A stretch of 64,000 nt of DNA from an uncultured Desulfobulbaceae bacterium (GTDB lineage: Bacteria; Desulfobacterota; Desulfobulbia; Desulfobulbales; BM004), in NCBI GenBank assembly GCA_947259115.1, contig CAMYKS010000005.1, positions 410-64,409 of the forward strand. The letters are read 5' to 3'. Made by a program: the position numbers and the translations under genes. The notes beneath the pieces are model-generated. The model was not told the DNA's origin, did not search any database, and saw only the letters and a program-made list of their open reading frames with translations. This document shows positions 7,958 through 15,314 of this stretch, piece after piece (the first letter of the stretch is position 1; every line of letters starts with the position of its first letter).

Positions 7958-10036
7958 TCAATTTTTCTGCATGATCCCAAAATCCTCGAGGATCGTGCCT
8001 TTGGCCCATTTCAGTTTCAACATGGAGATGTTGTAGTTTGATATTGACCTGATATATGTGCGGTAGGCGAAGTAGTAATCATCCTGGGCGTCAAGAAGGG
8101 AATGGATATTTACCTGCCTGATCTCAAAACGGGATTTCTCCCTTGATAAAAGCCTGTGATTGGCTTGCCGCGAATTTCCCGTGGCCTCGATTTCTTTCGC
8201 CGACTGTTCAATTTCAGTGACTGAAGAATTTATCTGGAAGTTGATTTCCTCAGATATCTTGGCCAATGCCGCCTGTGACTGCTTTTCTTCATATACGACT
8301 TTCAGATAATCCGCTTCAGCTTTTCTCCCTCCGATGGGCCAGACAAACTCGAGACCAACCGCCCAGCTGTTATCATCACTGAAATATGTATCTTTAACAT
8401 CATCACTGAAATCTTCCCCCAGTGCATTGAAAGCATACATGGCCCTGGCATCAAGGGTCGGCAGCCTCATGTGCCTGGCAAGTTTCCTGTTTATTTCTGC
8501 TGCACTTACCCTGTTTTGGGCGATGCTATACTCCGGGCGCTTCAAAAGGGCTTCTTGCAGCAAGGCTGCCTTGTCCAATTCAACCTCTTTGCTGGACAAT
8601 CTCTCAGTCGGAATGATGGCAACATCCGCCCCGGCTGCCCCGGAGGCAAAGCCCAACAAGAGCTTTAACTGGTCCATTGCCAGTTTATAATCTGTGTTCG
8701 CTTTGATAAATATTGCTTTACGATCCTGCACGGAGGCAAGGGCCCGGTCGACATCCAGCAGGTCGGCAAGACCGCTTTCCTTGCGAAGGAGAAGTCTCTG
8801 GTAAATATCTTCCGCATCCTGCAGGTACTTGCGGCTGATACTTATCTGCTTGGCATAATAGACCAATCGCCAGTAATAGGTTCCCACTTCCCGCATGACG
8901 TTGGCCATGGTTTTGCGATATTCCATGCCGGAAACATTCAGGTTCAGGTCCGCAAGTTCCATGGCAGATCGATTAGTCGGATCGCCAAATTCCTTCAACA
9001 ATGCCTGCCGTAACTCCAGGGTAAGACGCGAGGTGTATTGTGGGTTAGGTATTACGAGATCACTGCTGCTATCCAGGTGGTCAACATCAAGGACGGAAAG
9101 CGATAATATGCCGCCGGTGGGCAACGGCTGTTTGATACCGGCCCGTGCGCCCCATCTATCTTCCACAAAACTGTCCGATTCCGTATCTCCCTCCCCAAGG
9201 TCAAGCTTGCTCTGTATGGGCCTGTCTGTTCTGGAAATATTACTTTCTGCAAAGAGAGAGGGGTCATAAACCGTGTGGGTTGATTTTTTTTCCTCTTCTG
9301 CAATTGGAGAAAGAAACGCTGCAACCTTGATATCAGGATTCTGATCAACAGCCACCCTGATCGCATCTTCAAGGCTTAATTTTATAGAGTTTCCGCCTGT
9401 TGGCAAAACATACACTTCAGTCATATCATCTTCATAAAGGCTTATACCTGCCTTTTGACCTGATACTTCTGCTGCAGCGGCCTCCTGCTGCTGAGACGCA
9501 GACACCACCTTCTCTGTTGCAACTTCTGCTGCATGCATTTGCTCTGCAGGTGCTGCAGCTTCTGTCTCAGGCCCCGTTTCCCGGCCCGGCTCTGCTGTCT
9601 GCAACATTTCAACGGCTGCATTATTAACTTTGTGGGGATCGGTCCTGACCTGTATAAAGTTGTACCCCCTGACTGCCAGCTTTTCCGTAATGGTTAGCAG
9701 ATCATCCCTGTTGGCTGCCCGTCCGAGACGCAGAGTATAGTAGCCGCTGTCTGTCTTGTAGACAAAAGCGTCCGGCTGCAGATCGCCGGGCAGGGCATCA
9801 TAAGCCCGCAGGGCTGCTGACTCGTAAACGTATGTATTAATCTGCAGGGAATACAGAACCGTCGGCAGTTCCGACCTGTCTGTCACATTGCTCTTTACTT
9901 CAGGCTGCCCGTATACACCGGCAAAACCAATTCCGGAATGGGCCAAAAGAAAAGCGGTCAGCAGGCAGTAAAAGAAAAAACGGGGGAATAACAGAGGTTT
10001 TTGCGACCTGCAGTTGCAGGTATTAATAAATTGCAT
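7958..10036 (-). CDS. TolC-family outer membrane channel with an N-terminal SPOR-like (peptidoglycan-binding) domain
   Basis: N-terminal signal-like hydrophobic region. Residues ~60-135, YSLQINTYVYESAALRAYDALPGDLQPDAFVYKTDSGYYTLRLGRAANRDDLLTITEKLAVRGYNFIQVRTD, fit the SPOR beta-alpha-beta-beta pattern (compare FtsN/DamX SPOR). An Ala/Glu linker follows, then ~470 aa typical of outer membrane efflux proteins (LSLEDAIRVAVDQNPDIKVA..., two coiled repeat halves). Confidence 0.75.
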   Translation of the reverse strand: MQFINTCNCRSQKPLLFPRFFFYCLLTAFLLAHSGIGFAGVYGQPEVKSNVTDRSELPTVLYSLQINTYVYESAALRAYDALPGDLQPDAFVYKTDSGYYTLRLGRAANRDDLLTITEKLAVRGYNFIQVRTDPHKVNNAAVEMLQTAEPGRETGPETEAAAPAEQMHAAEVATEKVVSASQQQEAAAAEVSGQKAGISLYEDDMTEVYVLPTGGNSIKLSLEDAIRVAVDQNPDIKVAAFLSPIAEEEKKSTHTVYDPSLFAESNISRTDRPIQSKLDLGEGDTESDSFVEDRWGARAGIKQPLPTGGILSLSVLDVDHLDSSSDLVIPNPQYTSRLTLELRQALLKEFGDPTNRSAMELADLNLNVSGMEYRKTMANVMREVGTYYWRLVYYAKQISISRKYLQDAEDIYQRLLLRKESGLADLLDVDRALASVQDRKAIFIKANTDYKLAMDQLKLLLGFASGAAGADVAIIPTERLSSKEVELDKAALLQEALLKRPEYSIAQNRVSAAEINRKLARHMRLPTLDARAMYAFNALGEDFSDDVKDTYFSDDNSWAVGLEFVWPIGGRKAEADYLKVVYEEKQSQAALAKISEEINFQINSSVTEIEQSAKEIEATGNSRQANHRLLSREKSRFEIRQVNIHSLLDAQDDYYFAYRTYIRSISNYNISMLKLKWAKGTILEDFGIMQKN

Positions 10037-10077
10037 TTTTGATACCCTACGTTTAGGAATGCCTTAAATTTTCTGTG

Positions 10078-10908
10078 TTACTCTTCTGACTTTTCCACAT
10101 CGGGAAAGGAAACGGTTACCCTCTCGCCGGCCGGCCGCTTGCCGGGGTTTGCTGCTATTACACTGATACGGAGTGTATTTGCTGCGGAATCCGCCACTGA
10201 CGCAATGTGGTCGATCTTTCCCTGCACCTCTTCTCCATCGGCAAATTTTATTACTGCTTGCTGGGTAACGGCCAATGATTTGGCATTGGATACCGGAACG
10301 GCAATATCGATCAGGAGCTCATTGATGTCAACTATGCGGATAACAGGCGCAAGGGCCTGTATGGATTCGCCTTTTTCAATTTTCACCTCTTCGACAATCC
10401 CATTGACAGGGCTCCTGATGTGAAGGTTGTTTAAAGCTGTTTTAAATTCCTTATGCTTCAACTGGTCCTGGGCGTGTTCAAACTCGGCCAGCTTTACCTC
10501 AAGCAGGGCGGTTTCGGCTGCCAGCCTTGCATGGTCAACCTCCCAGTCCGTAACAGCCCCGTTGCGATGGGCTTCCTCCATTTTCAGCAGGTCTTCTCTT
10601 TTCTGCAGGAATTCTGCCTGGCCTATCTTAATAATTGTCGTGTCATTGGCCTTGGCAGTTAACAACTGGTATTGAACCATTTCCACCTGCCCTTCCAAGC
10701 TGGCAAGTAGATCACCTACTGAGACGTGATGCCCTTCACTAACCGTCAATTTATCAACCTTGCCGTGCTGCACAAATGAAAGGCTGATATCCGCGCTGGG
10801 CTTGGTTATGGCTTCAACATCCAGCCCATGGGACAGGTGGGGTATGAAAAGAATGAACAACAGGGGGAGGGAAAAAATGGCAAGGTTTTTAAATGGGGCA
10901 GGCACCAT
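10078..10908 (-). CDS. Membrane-fusion protein / periplasmic adaptor (HlyD/RND-adaptor family)
   Basis: Start moved to the internal Met (MVPAPFKNLAIFSLPLLFILF), which has AAGGAA upstream. Contains a biotinyl/lipoyl-like hairpin (VSEGHHVSVGDLLASLE ... IRSPVNGIVEEVKIEKGESI), a coiled-coil and a beta-barrel. Lies 41 nt upstream of the TolC-like gene. Confidence 0.8.
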   Translation of the reverse strand: MVPAPFKNLAIFSLPLLFILFIPHLSHGLDVEAITKPSADISLSFVQHGKVDKLTVSEGHHVSVGDLLASLEGQVEMVQYQLLTAKANDTTIIKIGQAEFLQKREDLLKMEEAHRNGAVTDWEVDHARLAAETALLEVKLAEFEHAQDQLKHKEFKTALNNLHIRSPVNGIVEEVKIEKGESIQALAPVIRIVDINELLIDIAVPVSNAKSLAVTQQAVIKFADGEEVQGKIDHIASVADSAANTLRISVIAANPGKRPAGERVTVSFPDVEKSEE

Positions 10909-11175
10909 ATTATATTCCTTATTATATTGTTTTAATTGAAAATAGAGGACGATAACACTTTGAATCATTGAATAATTATGAGGATTTTTTCTGATTCCGA
11001 CCAATTTACAGAAATCTGATTTGCAGCCGGAAATTCATGGATCATGCAGCCAGATCAGCACATAAACACATTAAATATATAGTATTTTTGAAATAATTCC
11101 AACCATTAATATATAAATATTTCCTGCATGCTGCACTTTTCTGTCAGAAAAGGATGAATCTGATCAGCAAACGGG

Positions 11176-13167
11176 CTATTCGGATTTGCCTGAAAACGCC
11201 AGAGCGCTCTCCAGGGATTCATCAAGCTGCAGAAGCTCCTTGCGCATGCGGTAGTGTTTCCTTTCCAGGGAGCGCTGGGCCCGGCGCATTAAAAACCTGC
11301 AGAAGAGCAGATGAAGTTCACTGTTTCCACGGGCTGCCAGGCGCAGCAACATTCCGCCAAAGGTCTTTGCGAAAGGTTGCAATATCTCGTCATCCAGGGA
11401 TATATATGCTTCATGCGTGCCGGGATCGCCCTGGCGACCGCAGCGCCCGAAAAGCTGGCGGTCAATGCGCCTGGCGCTGTGCGGTTCCGTGCAAAGCACC
11501 TGCAGCCCACCCATATCTCTCACACCGGGTCCGAGCCTGATGTCCGTTCCCCGGCCGGCCATGTTGGTGGCAACGGTTATCTGTCCTTTGTCCCCTGCCC
11601 GGGCAATAACGGCGGCCTCATCTTTATCCTGCCGGGCATTCAGGACCTTATACTCCAGGCCGTTTTCGCTCAACAGACGGCTGATTTTCTCTGAAACGGT
11701 GACCGTTGGCGTGCCAATAAGCACGGGCCTGCCTTTACGGTTAAGTTCTTTAGCCCGCTGCACAACGGCGGACAATTTATTCTTCTCAGTCCTAAAATAG
11801 CGTTCGGGCAGTCCCCGGCGGATTAACGGCTTATTGGTCGGGATCCGGACAAATTTGAGGCCGTAAACCGTCCATAGTTCCCTAGCCACCTCACGTGCTG
11901 TGCCGGTCATTCCTGCCAGCATCTGATAACGCCTGAAAAAGCGCTGATAGCTTATCCTGGCAAGAGTTTCTTTCTGCGTAGAAATGGCGCAGTTCTCCTT
12001 GCACTCGATAAGCTGATGCAAACCCCTTTCCCATGAGCGGTCTGCCATGCGCCGCCCAGTGTATTCATCGATTATCTCAACCTTGTTGTCTTGCACCAGG
12101 TACTCTTTGTCTCTGTGAAAATGATGCAGAGCGACTAGTGCCATGTTTACCATTGCTTCACGCCGGCGCGAGGAAACCCAGAAGCCGCCGGCCGGGTTTG
12201 CCAGTGAGTCCAGGAAATCGCGACCTGCCTCGGTTAACTCAATGCTTTTGGCAGCCCTGTCGGAGCTGTAATGTTCAATGCTCTTGAGCTGTTTTGCAAA
12301 AGCCAGGGCCTGGACATAGGCCTTTTTTTCAAAGCTGCTGTCGCCTGCTCCGGAAATGATTAACGGGGTCCTGGCCTCATCTATCAGAACGGAGTCGGCC
12401 TCATCGATAATGGCAAAACAGAGCCCTCGCAGGATGAGGTCCTTCAAAGAACCGGCCGGGCCATAAAGTCTCTGCAACGAATAAGCAATGGGCCCGGGTT
12501 TCCGTCTGAGGCGCAGATGATCCTTCAGGTAATCAAAGACAATCTCTTTATTTGTGCAGTACACCACATCCTGCTGATACACTTTCCTCCGTTCAGCAGG
12601 AGACATATCATGGCGGATAACTCCAACACTTATACCCAGGGCTTCATAAATGGGCCCCATCCATGTTGCATCCCGCTCGGCAAGGTAATCGTTGACCGTA
12701 ATTATATGTACAGGTATGCCGGCAAGAGCGGCTGTACTGGCCGGCAATGTTGCGGTCAATGTCTTGCCCTCCCCGGTTTCCATCTCTGCAACCACACCAT
12801 TTAAGAGGGCATAGCCCCCGATGAGCTGCACATCATAATGCCTGGTGCCAAGGGTTCGTTCAGCCTGTTCGCTCACCAGAGCAAAGGCGCGGGCCGTGTT
12901 TGCAAGAGATATTCCTTCCTGCCGGAACTTTCTTCGCAACTCTGCGGCTTCGGTTTCCAATTGTCTCCCTTCGAATCTCCGGAATGCCGGGCTGAACTTA
13001 TTCACTTCTTCGATAATGGCATGAAAGCGCTCAAAGCTGGCGCCATAGCGGCTGAAAAGGTAGCCGGGATAATCATGCAGCAGGCTTTCAAATTGACTGC
13101 GAACCTCCGGGCTCCGCTCCGGATAAAAGCCGTATTTCTTTTCAAATAACATGGAATTACTAGACAT
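11176..13167 (-). CDS. SecA-like ATPase (motor domains retained, C-terminal third absent)
   Basis: Diagnostic SecA motifs: HYDVQLIGGYALLNGVVAEMETGEGKTLTATLPA, VHIITVNDYLAERDATWMGPIYEALGISVG, AIIDEADSVLIDEARTPLIISG, MLAGMTGTA, VATNMAGRGTDIRLG, GGLQVLCTEPHSARRIDRQLFGRCGRQGDPGTHEAYISLDDE. Only ~75 aa follow the last motif. The start is set at ATG 13167, which overlaps the upstream stop (ATGTCTAG); ATG 13152 is an alternative. Confidence 0.85.
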   Translation of the reverse strand: MSSNSMLFEKKYGFYPERSPEVRSQFESLLHDYPGYLFSRYGASFERFHAIIEEVNKFSPAFRRFEGRQLETEAAELRRKFRQEGISLANTARAFALVSEQAERTLGTRHYDVQLIGGYALLNGVVAEMETGEGKTLTATLPASTAALAGIPVHIITVNDYLAERDATWMGPIYEALGISVGVIRHDMSPAERRKVYQQDVVYCTNKEIVFDYLKDHLRLRRKPGPIAYSLQRLYGPAGSLKDLILRGLCFAIIDEADSVLIDEARTPLIISGAGDSSFEKKAYVQALAFAKQLKSIEHYSSDRAAKSIELTEAGRDFLDSLANPAGGFWVSSRRREAMVNMALVALHHFHRDKEYLVQDNKVEIIDEYTGRRMADRSWERGLHQLIECKENCAISTQKETLARISYQRFFRRYQMLAGMTGTAREVARELWTVYGLKFVRIPTNKPLIRRGLPERYFRTEKNKLSAVVQRAKELNRKGRPVLIGTPTVTVSEKISRLLSENGLEYKVLNARQDKDEAAVIARAGDKGQITVATNMAGRGTDIRLGPGVRDMGGLQVLCTEPHSARRIDRQLFGRCGRQGDPGTHEAYISLDDEILQPFAKTFGGMLLRLAARGNSELHLLFCRFLMRRAQRSLERKHYRMRKELLQLDESLESALAFSGKSE

Positions 13168-15307
13168 TAAAACGCTTGAGGAATAGTTGACGAACACTGC
13201 GATACCATTGAAATGCAAGGGGTTCATACCCATGGTCGAAGCGCACGTACACCCGGCTGCCGATATAGAACTTCTCCAATGGTTCGCCCATGGCTAAATC
13301 AAACTGGAAGTACCGTTCGAATGTTTTACTGCCGCTCCTGTCCAGGGGATCAACAGCGATACTGCCGCCGCCGGCAACCCCAAGGGCTGTACTTGGCAGG
13401 TGGTCAACCGCACCGGGAATTTCCCGCTCGACCTTTGCCGTATAGACCACATGCGGTTTCACTGAAAAACGTAATTCGACGCCCTCTGTTTTGCCCCGTA
13501 TCAAATCAATGTTTCTCTGCGGAACTACTACACGTATGATTGTTGCATCCTGTTTAAGGACATATCCCAGCAACTCTCCCTGTTCAATAAACCTGCCTTT
13601 CAGGTCAGCCGCCTGCGGCAGCACAAACATACCCTCTGCGGGACTTGTGATCAGCATCTCAGCAAGCCTTTCTTCGGCGCGGGACAGTCTCTCCCGGATG
13701 CCTATAATCTCTTCCTGCAGGATGGACGCCTGAACTTTATCCGTGGCGTATGCGGCATTATAGCGCAGCTCGTATTCCTTCAGCCGGGACTGGAAAATCT
13801 TTATCTGTGTGGACAGAAAGGGATCCCGGCACTCAATGAGAACTTCATTTTTTGCAACGTTACCATTTGCTTGCGCATGGATTTCTGCAACAATTCCGGC
13901 TGTGTTGGAGCGAACTTGCGCATCCTCGGGTACCCAGACAACCCCCTCGGTACGGGAATGATATGGGAACGGCAGCAGGAAGAGGAGCAGCAGCAGGCAG
14001 GTTATTACCGAGACAATAACCAGAATTATCCTGTTTCTGTTGGCCTGGTGAACAGGTGCGCTCAGCAGGGTCTGTATTTTTTTGTAAAGCGGCAGGATGA
14101 TGAACGAAAACCCTCCCCAAAGAGCCAAGAGTACTCCGAATATATAAAATTTACCGGCCACAAAGAGTATGATGGCCCCATAGATGAAAATCCGGTAGCA
14201 AAAGGAGGTAATTCCGTAAAAGAAGAGCCAGAAACGCTCCCCTGGGGCCATGTTGGGAGTTTCTATCCTGCTGTTCCCAAAGACATATCTGTTAATCAGA
14301 TAGCCGAGATATTGCATGCTGCGCTGGGCCAGGTTCGGGATATTCAGTAAATCGGCAAGAATATAATAGCCGTCATATCTGAGTAAAGGGTTGCCGTTGA
14401 AAAGCAGCGTGGAAACCCCGCCGATAAGAATGATGTTGTAGGCTGCTGCCCGCAGAAGACCGGGCTCCATGGAGAGCCAGATAAACATGGCAAATGACGC
14501 AAGCAGCATTTCAACAGCTATGCCGGCAGCGCCCACCGTTAGCCGCTGACGCCTCCGGGGAAAAACAGCTGATGAAGAGGCATCCACATAGGGAATCGGC
14601 ATAAAAACCAGAAACATGATCCCCATTTCATGCACTTCCCCGCCCCACCTCTTGACAGCATATCCGTGGCTTAATTCATGCAGGCCTTTGACGAAGGGAT
14701 ATATGATCAGCAATATGATAAGGTTGTCTTTAGCAAACACCCTGTCGGCCAGGTTTCTCGTCAGTTCATCCCAGTTGATCCCGGCCTGGACAAGCGCTGT
14801 CCCGATAATAAATACACAGAGCAGCAGGCCCGGCAAGGTATACACATACTTGACGTAACGCACTGTTCTTTCCAGAAACAGGTCGGGGTCAAGCAGAGGC
14901 AAACGGAAATAAAACGGGTTGGAAAATTTTACCTTCCTGGAGCTTTTTTCAGATTTTCGACTGCGCAACAGAAGCTCTCTGGTGTCGGGTTCCACATCGC
15001 ACAACAACACATCAGCCTCATAGAGGCGGCTGAGAAGCTGCACCATTTCCACCTGCGTGGGCGCATCATCGCTATACTCTTGCGAGACTTTCTCCCACAA
15101 CTTCTGGACGCTGTGCCTGCCGTTCATCATGCCGATCACCCTGTAGGCAATGGGGGTGAACCGAAAGACCTTGCCGGTGAGGTGGTCCTGCAGAACATAC
15201 CATAACTCGCCCCGGTATTGATGCCGGTGAATCTGTGCATGTACCTTGATCCGGGGTTTCAGGTGTGCGACTCTATACCATGAGGGACTGAATATCGTGT
15301 CTTGCAT
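13160..15307 (-). CDS. Polytopic membrane protein: M50/site-2-protease core fused to a C-terminal HlyD-type periplasmic adaptor domain
   Basis: HExxH in a TM helix (GLHELSHGYAVKRWGGEVHEMG) and the second S2P motif FNGNPLLRYDGYYILAD. About 8 hydrophobic helices lie between aa 165 and 445. The C-terminal ~270 aa have a lipoyl-like hairpin, coiled-coil and barrel (VRSNTAGIVAEIHAQANGNVAKNEVL...ITSPAEGMFV). The N-terminal ~110 aa are soluble. Confidence 0.8.
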   Translation of the reverse strand: MQDTIFSPSWYRVAHLKPRIKVHAQIHRHQYRGELWYVLQDHLTGKVFRFTPIAYRVIGMMNGRHSVQKLWEKVSQEYSDDAPTQVEMVQLLSRLYEADVLLCDVEPDTRELLLRSRKSEKSSRKVKFSNPFYFRLPLLDPDLFLERTVRYVKYVYTLPGLLLCVFIIGTALVQAGINWDELTRNLADRVFAKDNLIILLIIYPFVKGLHELSHGYAVKRWGGEVHEMGIMFLVFMPIPYVDASSSAVFPRRRQRLTVGAAGIAVEMLLASFAMFIWLSMEPGLLRAAAYNIILIGGVSTLLFNGNPLLRYDGYYILADLLNIPNLAQRSMQYLGYLINRYVFGNSRIETPNMAPGERFWLFFYGITSFCYRIFIYGAIILFVAGKFYIFGVLLALWGGFSFIILPLYKKIQTLLSAPVHQANRNRIILVIVSVITCLLLLLFLLPFPYHSRTEGVVWVPEDAQVRSNTAGIVAEIHAQANGNVAKNEVLIECRDPFLSTQIKIFQSRLKEYELRYNAAYATDKVQASILQEEIIGIRERLSRAEERLAEMLITSPAEGMFVLPQAADLKGRFIEQGELLGYVLKQDATIIRVVVPQRNIDLIRGKTEGVELRFSVKPHVVYTAKVEREIPGAVDHLPSTALGVAGGGSIAVDPLDRSGSKTFERYFQFDLAMGEPLEKFYIGSRVYVRFDHGYEPLAFQWYRSVRQLFLKRFNV

Positions 15308-15314
15308 CTTTGCT

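Noticed and set aside
10909-11004. N-terminal extensions of listed ORFs (also 13168..13233, 48496..48552, 26962..27018, 21703..21741, 18374..18472, 19398..19451, 48813..48857, 51252..51305, 59255..59293)
   Set aside because: Internal starts have Shine-Dalgarno sequences, restore signal peptides or family-typical N-termini (for example MCGRF for SRAP), or remove overlaps with upstream genes.
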